Below, one piece after another: positions 15,877-25,998 of a stretch of 64,000 bases of DNA (positions are counted from its first letter, which is position 1; each line of letters begins with the position of its first letter). The notes beneath the pieces were generated by a model, which was not told the DNA's origin, ran no database searches, and was given only the letters and a program-made list of their open reading frames with translations. The stretch covers positions 178 to 64,177 of the forward strand of contig JAZRNS010000078.1 in the NCBI GenBank assembly GCA_045648245.1, given 5' to 3'. The DNA comes from Faecousia sp. GTDB lineage: Bacteria; Bacillota; Clostridia; Oscillospirales; Oscillospiraceae. Position numbers and translations under genes: made by a program.

Positions 15877-18441
15877 ATGAACAAGAAAATTATTTCCTTG
15901 ATCCTGTGCGTTGCCATGTGTGTAGGTATGGTCTCCATGCTGGCTGGTTGCGGTAGAAATGCAGATGCATTTGTTATCATGACCGAAAACCTGGACGGCC
16001 TGTTCAATCCCTTCTTCTACACCTCTGCAAATGATGGCACAATTGTTAGCATGACACAGATCAGCATGTTGGGTGCTGACTATGTGAACAACGAGGTCGT
16101 TGTTGCTTATGGCGAGAACGAAGCCGTGGTGGTTAAGGATTACGACATTAAGGAAAATGACGACGACACCACTACCTATACCTTCGTTTTGAAGAACGGC
16201 ATTCAGTTCTCCGACGGTCAGCCCTTGACCATGGAAGACGTTCTGTTTAACTACTATGTGTACCTGGACCCTGTGTACACCGGCTCCAACACGCTGTACT
16301 CCACGGATATTGTTGGCCTTGCTGAGTACCGTACCCAGACCCAGGGTTCTTCTTCTGACGACAGCAACGAGCTGATTTCTTCTCAGGCTTCCACCAGAGC
16401 ACAGAACAGAATTCAGGAACTGGTTGCGCTGTTTAACACCGAGAAGAAGGCATCTTCCACCAACGAAGTTAGCTACGATAAGATGGTTGCTGCCATTAAG
16501 GCCGCCAGCGTCAGCTCCGGCTACAAGGATGCAATTTCCAATAACCCTGATGAAATCACCAATGCACAGCTGCTGGCAGACTATGAGTATGCCCTGAAGC
16601 TGTTCAAAGAGGAACTGGGCACTGACTATGTAAGCGCTCAGGAATCCTACACCGATGCTCCCTACGATAAGTACGAGGAGTTTAAGGACGAGATCTTCTG
16701 CTTTATGTACACCGAAGGCTATGTGGAAGTGAAGTATGCAGAGGGTGCAGACGGCAAGATTGACCGCACTACCATCGAGTCTTTGAAGCCGCAGTATCCT
16801 TCCACCATTAAGACCAAGGATGAGGCAATCAACTACATCTACAACGATAAGATTTCCACCCAGCTGGACATTGTTCTGCAGTACTGGGCAACCGGCACGA
16901 CCTTGATGACGGAATTCACCGCTAAGGCCAAGGAAGTTATCCTCCACGAGAATGTATCCGACGACGGTTCTTTGGCGGTTGAGAACATCTCCGGTCTGGT
17001 TTCCTTGGGCCACACCGAAGCTGCCGGTTCTACCATCACTGTAAACGGCACAGAATACAAGGTTGCTTCTTCTCATAATGCTGACGGTACAGTTGCAGCA
17101 GAAAATGAGTACGATGTTCTGCAGGTTACCATTAATGGCGTTGACCCAAAGGCTATTTGGAACTTTGCCATTACCATTGCACCTCAGCACTACTACGGTG
17201 AGGGCAGCAAGGTTGGCGTAGACATTGCGAACAACAAGTTTGGCGTTGAGTATGCAAGCTACGGCTTCATGACCGATATTGTTCAGTCCACCAGAAACAT
17301 CAAGATCCCCATGGGCGCCGGTTCCTACAAGGCCACCGACAGCCAAAATAGCGATACACCCACCGAAAGCTCCTTCTACACTAACAATGTTGTCTACTTC
17401 AAGGCAAATGAGAACTTCAACACCGTTGGCGCAGAGCTGGAGAATGCAAAGATCGGCAAGATCCGCTATCAGGTCGTTAGCTCCAACAACGCCATTGCTG
17501 CATTGGAGAACGGCACTGTTCACTACATTTCCCCCGCAATGACCACCAAGAACTATGAGGACCTGGAGAAGCTGTCCGGCAAGGGCATCATTCCTCTGCA
17601 CACGGATCAGCTGGGCTACGGCTATATCGGTATTAACTCCTCGAAGGTTACTGACCTGAACCTGCGTAAGGCAATCATGTGTGCAATGAACACATCCCTG
17701 GCATTGGACTACTACCGCGCCGGTACTGCACAGCAGGTTTATTGGAACATGTCCACCGTCAGCTGGGCATACCCCAAGGGCGATGCTGCAACCGACAACG
17801 GTCATGACTATCCCCAGATGGGTAACTGGAGCGACGATATTGCCAAGGCTAACATTGAGAAGTATATGCAACTGGCAGGTGTCAGCGCTGGCGACAGCGA
17901 GCTGAAGGTTACCTTCACCATCGCAGGCTCCAGCCTGCAGGATCACCCCACCTATAAGGTGTTCCGCGATGCTGCTATCCTGCTGAATGATCTGGGTTGG
18001 GAAGTAGAGGTCGTTTGCGACTCTCAGGCTCTGACCAAGATCAACACCGGTTCTCTACAGGTTTGGGCTGCTGCTTGGTCTTCTGCACTTGACCCGGATA
18101 TGTATCAGGTTTACCACAAGGATTCCTCCGCAACCAGCACCCTGGCTTGGGGTTATAACTACCTGAAGAACAGCGGCTCTGCTGAGGAGCTGAACATCCT
18201 CGATGACTTGAGCGACCTGATTGACGAGGCTCGTTCCACCAACGATCAGGCAACCCGCGCAAGCCTGTATAAGGACTGCATGGGCTTGATCCTGGATCTG
18301 GCTATTGAGCTGCCTGTCTATCAGCGTGAGGTTCTGTACGCATACAACTCCAAGGTGATTTCTGCTGACAGCATCGATTCCGATGTGAACCCCTATTCCA
18401 GCCCCTTGGATCGTATTTGGGAAGTTGAATTTGCTAACTAA
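15877..18441 (+). CDS. oppA: Oligopeptide ABC transporter substrate-binding lipoprotein (family 5), unusually long (854 aa)
   Basis: Lipobox LAGC; LDGLFNPFF, YTFVLKNGIQFSDGQPLTMEDVLF, PMGAGSYK, LRKAI, ELPVY. Confidence 0.85.
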   Translation: MNKKIISLILCVAMCVGMVSMLAGCGRNADAFVIMTENLDGLFNPFFYTSANDGTIVSMTQISMLGADYVNNEVVVAYGENEAVVVKDYDIKENDDDTTTYTFVLKNGIQFSDGQPLTMEDVLFNYYVYLDPVYTGSNTLYSTDIVGLAEYRTQTQGSSSDDSNELISSQASTRAQNRIQELVALFNTEKKASSTNEVSYDKMVAAIKAASVSSGYKDAISNNPDEITNAQLLADYEYALKLFKEELGTDYVSAQESYTDAPYDKYEEFKDEIFCFMYTEGYVEVKYAEGADGKIDRTTIESLKPQYPSTIKTKDEAINYIYNDKISTQLDIVLQYWATGTTLMTEFTAKAKEVILHENVSDDGSLAVENISGLVSLGHTEAAGSTITVNGTEYKVASSHNADGTVAAENEYDVLQVTINGVDPKAIWNFAITIAPQHYYGEGSKVGVDIANNKFGVEYASYGFMTDIVQSTRNIKIPMGAGSYKATDSQNSDTPTESSFYTNNVVYFKANENFNTVGAELENAKIGKIRYQVVSSNNAIAALENGTVHYISPAMTTKNYEDLEKLSGKGIIPLHTDQLGYGYIGINSSKVTDLNLRKAIMCAMNTSLALDYYRAGTAQQVYWNMSTVSWAYPKGDAATDNGHDYPQMGNWSDDIAKANIEKYMQLAGVSAGDSELKVTFTIAGSSLQDHPTYKVFRDAAILLNDLGWEVEVVCDSQALTKINTGSLQVWAAAWSSALDPDMYQVYHKDSSATSTLAWGYNYLKNSGSAEELNILDDLSDLIDEARSTNDQATRASLYKDCMGLILDLAIELPVYQREVLYAYNSKVISADSIDSDVNPYSSPLDRIWEVEFAN

Positions 18442-18455
18442 ACCCGGAGTGGATT

Positions 18456-19448
18456 ATGTTTAAATATATCGTAAAGAGAATTGCATATTCGATCTTGATC
18501 CTGCTGGGTGTATCACTGATCATTTATTTTCTCATCCGGCTGATGCCCGTTGATTTTATCCAGGATAAAATCAACGCCATCAACCAGGGTGGTGCAACGG
18601 TCAGTGAGGAAACTGTGCAGGCCATGTATGAGATGTATGGCTTAGGCGACAATAGCTTTAGCGGAATTCTGCGGGGCTATTTCAGTTGGCTGGGTGCGTT
18701 GGCACAGGGCGATCTGGGTACTAGCTTTGTCTACGGTATTCCCGTGGCACGGGTTATTGTAGAGCATATGGGTATCTCCTTCGCTGTTGCCCTGATCGCA
18801 ACGATCCTGGAATTCATGATCGCGATCCCCTTGGGTATTACCGCGGCGACTCACCAGTACAGCCTGAGAGACTATATCGTAACCATTCTGGTTATGATTG
18901 GTATTTCTCTGCCGTCCTTCTTCTTTGGACAGATGCTCAAGAACCTGCTGGCTTATAAGCTGGGCTGGTTCCCGGTGTCGGGCCTGATCAATTCCACTGT
19001 TTCTCAGTCAGGCATCCAGCTTTTGCTGGATCAGATGCACCATATGTTCATTCCGATTTTGACAATCGTGATCTTGAGCATTGGCGCAAGAATGAGAATG
19101 ACCAGAACCAATATGCTGGAAGTTCTGAACTCCGACTACATCCGTACTGCCCGGGCAAAGGGTTTGAAGGAAAGTGTTGTTATCAACAAGCATGCCTTCC
19201 GCAACACCCTGATCCCCCTGGTTACAACGATGGCAGGCTTGCTGCCCAGCCTTTTCTCCGGTGCGATCATCACAGAACAGGTATTCGACCTGCCCGGTAT
19301 CGGTAATATCGCGCTGGACGCCATGAACCGTGGTGATATCCCCTTTATTATGGGCTATAACATGTTCCTGGCACTACTTAGCGTTCTGGGCGTGCTCCTT
19401 GCTGACTTGATGTACGGCTTGGTAGATCCCAGAGTAAAACTTGAGTGA
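18456..19448 (+). CDS. oppB: Oligopeptide ABC permease
   Basis: GDLGTSF, EAA loop DYIRTARAKGL, ITEQVFDLPGIG, DPRV. Confidence 0.9.
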   Translation: MFKYIVKRIAYSILILLGVSLIIYFLIRLMPVDFIQDKINAINQGGATVSEETVQAMYEMYGLGDNSFSGILRGYFSWLGALAQGDLGTSFVYGIPVARVIVEHMGISFAVALIATILEFMIAIPLGITAATHQYSLRDYIVTILVMIGISLPSFFFGQMLKNLLAYKLGWFPVSGLINSTVSQSGIQLLLDQMHHMFIPILTIVILSIGARMRMTRTNMLEVLNSDYIRTARAKGLKESVVINKHAFRNTLIPLVTTMAGLLPSLFSGAIITEQVFDLPGIGNIALDAMNRGDIPFIMGYNMFLALLSVLGVLLADLMYGLVDPRVKLE

Positions 19449-19459
19449 GGAGGCAGAGT

Positions 19460-20497
19460 ATGGAAGAGCTTGAAAATAAGATGGAAAAAGCTGCGGATAC
19501 TGAAACGCCTCTTGACAAAAATGTACGCCTGATGTCTCCCACCCGTATGGTGGTGCGCCGTTTCTTCCGCTCTAAGCTGAGTATTATCGGCCTGATCATG
19601 GTTATCAGCCTGTTTCTGTTCAGCTTTGTAGGTCCTTTGGTCTATACCCAATGGGGTGAGATCGAATTGGACGAAAGCGGTAAGACAGAATACGCTACTT
19701 CGGTAACAACCTACACTGCAGACGGTGTTGAATATACCGTGCATCAAACAACGGAGAAGTACTTAAAGGATAATTTCTTGGAAAGTCCTTCTGCTCGGCA
19801 CCTGTTGGGTACAGATAAGCAGGGCTATGATGTGTTTGTCCGTCTTATGTACGGCGGACGGATATCTCTGATCGTCAGCTTTATCGCGGTGTTCCTGATT
19901 ACCATTTTAGGTGTGGTGCTCGGTGGTATTGCCGGCTACTTCGGCGGTGCAATCGATAACATTATCATGCGTATATGTGATGTGCTCATGTGTCTGCCCG
20001 GTATTCCGATTTTGCTGATTATCAGTACGATTTTGGACGCATCTGACATTGATGCAAAGTATAGAATCTATTTGCTGATGATCTATCTGACTTTTATTTC
20101 CTGGACCGGCACTGCCCGTTTGGTAAGAGGTCAGATCCTGTCCCTGCGTGAGCAGGAGTACATGGTGGCAGCAGAGGCAATGGGTTATTCCACATTCCGC
20201 AAAATCTTTAAGCACCTGGTCCCCAATGTTATGCCCCAGCTTATCGTTCAGATGACCCTAAGCCTGGGCAGCATGATCCTGTATGAGGCAACCCTGTCCT
20301 ACCTGAATTTGGGCGTTAAGGCACCTTATGCAGCTTGGGGTACTATGATCAATATCATTTCCTCAGATATGGATATTCTTCAGAACCATTGGTATGTTTG
20401 GGTTCCTGCCGGTATCTGTATCGTGATTGCTGTGCTTGGTTTCAACTTTGTGGGCGACGGTCTGCGTGATGCCCTCGACCCGAAGGGAAGGAGATAA
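19460..20497 (+). CDS. oppC: Oligopeptide ABC permease
   Basis: GGAGG RBS before ATG 19460; HLLGTDKQGYDV, EYMVAAEAMG, GDGLRDALDP. Confidence 0.9.
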   Translation: MEELENKMEKAADTETPLDKNVRLMSPTRMVVRRFFRSKLSIIGLIMVISLFLFSFVGPLVYTQWGEIELDESGKTEYATSVTTYTADGVEYTVHQTTEKYLKDNFLESPSARHLLGTDKQGYDVFVRLMYGGRISLIVSFIAVFLITILGVVLGGIAGYFGGAIDNIIMRICDVLMCLPGIPILLIISTILDASDIDAKYRIYLLMIYLTFISWTGTARLVRGQILSLREQEYMVAAEAMGYSTFRKIFKHLVPNVMPQLIVQMTLSLGSMILYEATLSYLNLGVKAPYAAWGTMINIISSDMDILQNHWYVWVPAGICIVIAVLGFNFVGDGLRDALDPKGRR

Positions 20498-20500
20498 GCC

Positions 20501-21715
20501 ATGAGCGAAACAAAGAAAACAAAGGGTTATCTCACCGGCAAAGAGATCCGTGCCATTACAAAAGCAAACAACAAGGAAATGAAGCGCCTGGAGGCATATA
20601 AGAACCGCCATGCAGAGGAGTCTGAATTTTTAACTGAAATGAAAGACCCTGCAAACATTTTGGAAATCGATGACCTGCACACCTTCTTCTTCACAGAACA
20701 AGGTGTTGTGAAGGCAGTTAACGGTGTTTCCTATAATGTTCCCAGAAATGCGGTTGTAGGTGTTGTGGGAGAATCCGGTTGCGGTAAGTCTGTTACCAGT
20801 ATGTCCGTTATGCGTCTGATCCAAGGCCCCACAGGACAGATCACAGAGGGTTCTATCCGCTTTAATGCCTATGATTATAAGCGCAATGAAAAAGGTGAGC
20901 CGATCCCTGTAGAGGGGGAGGAAGGCAAGTTCCAAATGGAAGAGAAGATCTACGATATTGCCAAAATGCCGATCAATGAGATCCATAGAATCCGCGGCAA
21001 GCAGATCGCAATGATCTTCCAGGAGCCTATGACATCACTGAATCCTATTTTCACCATTGGTGAGCAGCTGGACGAGGTTACATTGATCCATGTGCCCGGT
21101 GCAACCAAAGAAATGGCAAAGGCCAAATCCGAGGAAATGCTCCGGCTGGTGGGTATCATTCCGGAGAACGTCTACAAGGCATTTCCCCATGAGCTGTCCG
21201 GCGGTATGCGTCAGCGTGTTATGATCGCTATGGCATTGGCTGCTGAGCCTCGTTTGATTATTGCAGATGAACCTACAACTGCTTTGGATGTTACCATTCA
21301 GGCACAGATTTTGGATCTTCTGCAGGATATTAAGAAGAAGATCGACGGCTCTATTCTGCTGATTACCCACGATTTGGGCGTTATTGCAGAAATGGCGGAC
21401 TATGTGGTTGTTATGTACGCCGGCAAGGTAATTGAAAAGGGTACTGTGTATGAGATCTTCCAGGATCCCAAGCATCCCTATACCATTGGCTTGCAGAAGT
21501 CCAAGCCCACAATGACCTTGGACGACAGCACCGAGCTGTATAACATTCCCGGCAATGTTCCGAACCCTATCAATATGCCGGAGCATTGCTACTTTAAGGA
21601 AAGATGTGCAAAATGTACGGGCAAGTGCTCCGGCGAATATCCGGGCATGATCCAGATCAGCCCCACACACTTTGTAGCTTGCCACTTATACGACGAGGAG
21701 AAGAAAAATGGCTGA
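20501..21715 (+). CDS. oppD: Oligopeptide ABC ATPase
   Basis: GESGCGKS, LSGGMRQR, ADEPTTALD, C-terminal Cys cluster. Confidence 0.9.
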   Translation: MSETKKTKGYLTGKEIRAITKANNKEMKRLEAYKNRHAEESEFLTEMKDPANILEIDDLHTFFFTEQGVVKAVNGVSYNVPRNAVVGVVGESGCGKSVTSMSVMRLIQGPTGQITEGSIRFNAYDYKRNEKGEPIPVEGEEGKFQMEEKIYDIAKMPINEIHRIRGKQIAMIFQEPMTSLNPIFTIGEQLDEVTLIHVPGATKEMAKAKSEEMLRLVGIIPENVYKAFPHELSGGMRQRVMIAMALAAEPRLIIADEPTTALDVTIQAQILDLLQDIKKKIDGSILLITHDLGVIAEMADYVVVMYAGKVIEKGTVYEIFQDPKHPYTIGLQKSKPTMTLDDSTELYNIPGNVPNPINMPEHCYFKERCAKCTGKCSGEYPGMIQISPTHFVACHLYDEEKKNG

Positions 21716-22814
21716 AGAAAAAGTATTGAATAATGAAGCCACCGAAAGCTCCGCTGTCGTGTATGACGATGTAGTAGAGCAGGCAAAATATCTGGCTAAA
21801 AGACAGCAGCAGATGGAAGAGGACTTTGCAAAGCCCTACGATCCGGAGTGCGTGCTGGAGGTTCGCCACCTGCGTAAAACCTTCCCCATTCAGAAGACCA
21901 TGTTTGGAAAGGTAACCAGGGAACTGGTTGCTGTGGATGACATTTCCTTCAAACTGAAGGCAGGTGAGACCCTGGGTATTGTTGGCGAATCCGGCTGTGG
22001 CAAAACTACGGCAGGTCGTGCGATTTTGAAGCTGCACCAGCCCAGTGGCGGACGGATTATCTTCGACGGCCAGGATATTACGGATTTTGATTCCAAGCAA
22101 ATGCGCTCCATTCGCAAGCAGATGCAGATCATTTTCCAGGATCCTTATTCCTCCTTGCCTCCCAGAAGCACGGTCGGTGGTATTCTTAGCGAACCGGTTG
22201 AGGTTCATAATATCGTACCCAAGGATCAGATTAAGAGTTATGTTCTGGATCTGATGGAGAAATGCGGTTTGCGGGATTACTACTATGAGCGTTATCCCCA
22301 TGAGTTTTCTGGCGGTCAGCGTCAGCGAATTTGTATTGCCCGCGCCCTGTCTGTAAATCCAAAGCTGGTGATTTGTGATGAGCCTGTTTCTGCGCTGGAT
22401 GTATCCATTCAGGCACAGATCATTAACCTGCTGAAGGATCTGCAGAAGCAGATGAATCTGGCATATGTGTTCATTTCTCACGATCTTTCTGTTGTTAAGT
22501 TTATTTCTGATAAGATCGGTGTTATGTACTTAGGCGCTATGATGGAGTTTGGTACAAAGGATGATATTTTCCGCAATCCTTTGCATCCATACACAAAGGC
22601 ACTGTTTTCCGCAGTACCCAATCCTGATCCCACAGTCAAGATGGATCGCATTAAACTGCAGGGCGATATTCCCAGCCCTGCAAATCCGCCGAAGGGTTGC
22701 CGCTTCCATACCCGTTGCCCCTATGCAATGGAAGTATGTAAGCACATTCCCCCTGAATATAAGGAATGTGAACCCGGCCATTTTGCAGCCTGCCACCTGC
22801 TGAATCAGGAGTAA
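21708..22814 (+). CDS. oppF: Oligopeptide ABC ATPase
   Basis: [34 protein letters not shown]. Confidence 0.9.
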   Translation: MAEEKVLNNEATESSAVVYDDVVEQAKYLAKRQQQMEEDFAKPYDPECVLEVRHLRKTFPIQKTMFGKVTRELVAVDDISFKLKAGETLGIVGESGCGKTTAGRAILKLHQPSGGRIIFDGQDITDFDSKQMRSIRKQMQIIFQDPYSSLPPRSTVGGILSEPVEVHNIVPKDQIKSYVLDLMEKCGLRDYYYERYPHEFSGGQRQRICIARALSVNPKLVICDEPVSALDVSIQAQIINLLKDLQKQMNLAYVFISHDLSVVKFISDKIGVMYLGAMMEFGTKDDIFRNPLHPYTKALFSAVPNPDPTVKMDRIKLQGDIPSPANPPKGCRFHTRCPYAMEVCKHIPPEYKECEPGHFAACHLLNQE

Positions 22815-22818
22815 GGGT

Positions 22819-23061
22819 ATGGAGTGTAAAAAGAAGAAGGAAAAGATTGTCTATATTGATGACGGCAGAACCTTGGCAGATATGTCCAATGTTTCTGCAC
22901 CGGGTCTTGGTAGAAGACCGGGTAGAATCAGCGCACCGCTGAAAGAGCAGTGGAGGACTTATAAAGCAGCAGTGAAAATGATGCTAAAGCCAATGCTGTT
23001 TGTGGTGCTGGCAATGGTGATTGCATTTGCAGTCTTGTATATCCTTCTTTCCATGGCATAA
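22819..23061 (+). CDS. Small single-TM conserved hypothetical protein
   Basis: DDGRTLADMS motif and C-terminal hydrophobic helix; starts 4 nt after oppF stop. Confidence 0.6.
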   Translation: MECKKKKEKIVYIDDGRTLADMSNVSAPGLGRRPGRISAPLKEQWRTYKAAVKMMLKPMLFVVLAMVIAFAVLYILLSMA

Positions 23062-23067
23062 TGAAAA

Positions 23068-23093
23068 GAGCGTGTTGCAAAAGCAACACGCTC
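23068..23093. terminator. Bidirectional terminator (opp operon / yfhO)
   Basis: GAGCGTGTTGC-aaaa-GCAACACGCTC with A/T flanks. Confidence 0.75.
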
Positions 23094-23099
23094 ATTCTT

Positions 23100-25877
23100 T
23101 TACTTTTGGAATTTTCCTTTGGGAAACTTAATGGTGGGGCGATAATGATACCAATATAAGCCCACGAACAGTAACAGACAGCCAAGGCTGATCTTCCAAC
23201 CAAGGGAGAATGCGGGGTTTTCGTAAGTGAAGGAAACTGCGTGGTAGCCTTCTGTTACCAAGACACCAACCATAGCATTGCCGATTGTAACTGCCTCTGC
23301 AGGCTTGCCGTCAACAGAAACATTCCAGTTGCTGTTTTGGGGGATGGATGTGTAAAGAACACCGTCCCGATCACATTGGATGACACCTTCAACACTCGTG
23401 TTGCTGAAATGGGTCAGTTCCAAGGTAGACGCATTCAGAACATCATAACCGCTGCGGAATATCTTATCGTTCAGAATTGCGGCTGTAATGCTCACAGAGC
23501 CGCTCTCATTGGCTTTGCAGGAGAGTTTAATATCCACAACATCGCCTGGCTTTACTTCGCTGACTGCCAACATCTGGGGAAGACTGTAGGTTTCGCTGTA
23601 AAGCAGCTGCCCGTTCAAATAGAAGGAGGGGCTGTTTTTCTTGCTAAGATCCAGGTGTACACACATAAGACCTTCTTTGTTTGCGGTGTAGCTATAGGTG
23701 ATTGTGCCTGTGCTGGAGGTAGAGGAATAGGAGCAATAACCGGTTTGTGCCTGAGAGGAGTTCAGGGTAACATTGCTGCCGTTGATAATCAGATTGGAGC
23801 CGGGAACAATGGACCAAACCTGCTGGCTAAGCCCGGTAGCTGCACTAAACAGTTGATTTTGGAAGGTAAACCGATTTCCGGTCTGCGCAAAGTCCACATT
23901 GAGAATTTGTGCATTTGTCAGGAAACCCAAAGGAAGGTATGCGTTATTTTCCAATAGATGCACATTACCGAAATAATGCAGATCGTCAAAATAGGAATTT
24001 TCCTCGACTTTACCATCCCGTTCAATCATATATTTCAGGTTCAAAAACAGGTTAGCAACCGGAGAGCTTTCCTCAAAGCAGTAGCGATTATAGGTGTTCT
24101 TAGCACCGTAGCCCAGTGCCTTCATAAACTCTGTAACCTTAACATTGGCAGAGCTTGTAAAGGTGCTAATGCCGTTATAACCGTTCAGAGCGCCGTCATT
24201 GAGGGTTTGGGAGTGGGTCATTTCTGCGCGATAGAACAGATTGTCGGCCTCCCGTTCCTGCATATATTTTATGGCGCGGACGGTATTTTCTTTGCCTTTC
24301 GGGTAATTAGAAACATTTGTGCCTGGGAAGTAGGAACCGAAATTGATCACATTTAGAGTCAATTCCAGAATCATGACGATTAACAGCACATCCACACCTA
24401 GCTTTTTCCGTTCCCGACGGGGCTTGAATGTGGGATATTTTCTGGGTTGCTCATTTGCAATGGGCTCATGATTTGTAGCCGGATGACAGAAAAGAACCGC
24501 CAAATAAACCAAATAGAAGAAAAGGTTATAAGCGAAGAAGGCTGAATTTTCTGCGATGGTCTCCATATTTGTAGAGAAATTATCTCCACTATTCCAGGGG
24601 AGCAAGGCTATATTTCCGCTAACCAAATCCAAAAAATTCGGCAGTTGGTTACAGCACAGGAAAAGTCCAACGGAAAGGACTGCAGCAACAGCTATTTGCC
24701 AAATTTTGAATGTCCGTCGCAATGTCCAGGCGTGATACGCCATATACAGCATCACAAAGCTGTACAGGAAACTAAAACGGTAGGGGATCATATTGGTGAA
24801 ATGGAAACCGTGCCAAATATAATCCAACTGACGAATAATGAAACTAATGTTAAAGAACAGCAGTAGCACAACAGAGCAAATCTTATCCCGTAGGCGGATT
24901 TCTTTGCATGTAAGATAGAGAAATACGAAAATGTTGGCAACTACGCCGCAGTAAAGATTGGGAAGTCCCTCTTTAAAGCTAGGTTCCAAACCGCCGTTCA
25001 TATTGCCCACAACCTGACGCATAGCATCCAGTAAGCCTAACCATGTGTTTTTGTCAGCGATATTCAGCCTAAAGCCTTGCGGGAATTTGTTTACACTGGA
25101 TTGTGTTGTCTGCAGAGCAGCCAAGGTGGGCAGTTCCAAAATAGCTGTCATGCCAATTGCCAGAATGGAGAATACGGCAATTCGGATTAAGTCAGTAATG
25201 AGCTTTTTAAAACCGTCCCAGCGGCAAATTTCGTAGCAGATAAAGACCAGTAAGACAAAAATGCACACGAAAAAGCCGATGTAGTAGTTAGAGAAAACAG
25301 CAAGGAAAAGAGAAACGGTATATAATATAAATTTCTTTTCCTTTAATAGAGAAACTGTACCGAGAATTACCAGAGGCAGAAGTGCGAAGGTGTCTACCCA
25401 CATGATATTCCATTGATAACCCAGTGCCCATGCACAAAGCCCATAAAAGCAGCCAAACACAGCAACAGAAAATTCGTCCTTATCAAATACCCTATTCAAG
25501 AACAGCGCAAAGAACATTGCAGCCAAACCCAGTTTGATCGGCATCAGCAAGGAAAAGTAAGTCAAGGTCAGACTTTCAGGGACGAGAATACTCAGCAGAT
25601 TCAAGGGAGATGCCAAATAGTAGGAGATTAATCCAAGATAATCCATACCCATTCCCACATTCCAGCTATACAGTAAGGATTCTCCTGATAATATTGCTTT
25701 TCGGAAAGCTATAAAGAAGGGATAATACTGATGATAGCAGTCAGAATAAAGCATGGAATATTCGCCGTTGAATGCCAGAGAACTGACGAGTCGCAACAGC
25801 AAAAGTCCGCCAAAAGTCATACAAAATGCAATCAGCGGAAAATTCCATTTTTTATTTGTGGTAAGTGTGCGGTTCAT
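23100..25877 (-). CDS. yfhO: YfhO family polytopic membrane protein (GT-C glycosyltransferase-like)
   Basis: D..HQYYPF, YYLASP.N, YRFSF, C-terminal SIP...NW.V.VDGK...G.H.V.F.Y...G..IS. Confidence 0.85.
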   Translation of the reverse strand: MNRTLTTNKKWNFPLIAFCMTFGGLLLLRLVSSLAFNGEYSMLYSDCYHQYYPFFIAFRKAILSGESLLYSWNVGMGMDYLGLISYYLASPLNLLSILVPESLTLTYFSLLMPIKLGLAAMFFALFLNRVFDKDEFSVAVFGCFYGLCAWALGYQWNIMWVDTFALLPLVILGTVSLLKEKKFILYTVSLFLAVFSNYYIGFFVCIFVLLVFICYEICRWDGFKKLITDLIRIAVFSILAIGMTAILELPTLAALQTTQSSVNKFPQGFRLNIADKNTWLGLLDAMRQVVGNMNGGLEPSFKEGLPNLYCGVVANIFVFLYLTCKEIRLRDKICSVVLLLFFNISFIIRQLDYIWHGFHFTNMIPYRFSFLYSFVMLYMAYHAWTLRRTFKIWQIAVAAVLSVGLFLCCNQLPNFLDLVSGNIALLPWNSGDNFSTNMETIAENSAFFAYNLFFYLVYLAVLFCHPATNHEPIANEQPRKYPTFKPRRERKKLGVDVLLIVMILELTLNVINFGSYFPGTNVSNYPKGKENTVRAIKYMQEREADNLFYRAEMTHSQTLNDGALNGYNGISTFTSSANVKVTEFMKALGYGAKNTYNRYCFEESSPVANLFLNLKYMIERDGKVEENSYFDDLHYFGNVHLLENNAYLPLGFLTNAQILNVDFAQTGNRFTFQNQLFSAATGLSQQVWSIVPGSNLIINGSNVTLNSSQAQTGYCSYSSTSSTGTITYSYTANKEGLMCVHLDLSKKNSPSFYLNGQLLYSETYSLPQMLAVSEVKPGDVVDIKLSCKANESGSVSITAAILNDKIFRSGYDVLNASTLELTHFSNTSVEGVIQCDRDGVLYTSIPQNSNWNVSVDGKPAEAVTIGNAMVGVLVTEGYHAVSFTYENPAFSLGWKISLGCLLLFVGLYWYHYRPTIKFPKGKFQK

Positions 25878-25909
25878 TTATATCCCCCAAATTAAACAAC
25901 ATTACTGCA

Positions 25910-25938
25910 ATTCTACCATATTATTCCCTCTAGGTAAA
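25910..25938 (-). promoter_or_regulatory. SigA promoter for yfhO
   Basis: Minus strand TTTACC-N17-TAGAAT with extended TG. Confidence 0.5.
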
Positions 25939-25959
25939 GGAAAAATAATTAAATTTTGT

Positions 25960-25998
25960 AAAATAATGCAGGGTCTCCAAGAGACCCTGCGTTATTTT
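25960..25998 (-). terminator. Terminator of spoIVA
   Basis: AAAATAATGCAGGGTCTC-caa-GAGACCCTGCGTTATTTT. Confidence 0.75.
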
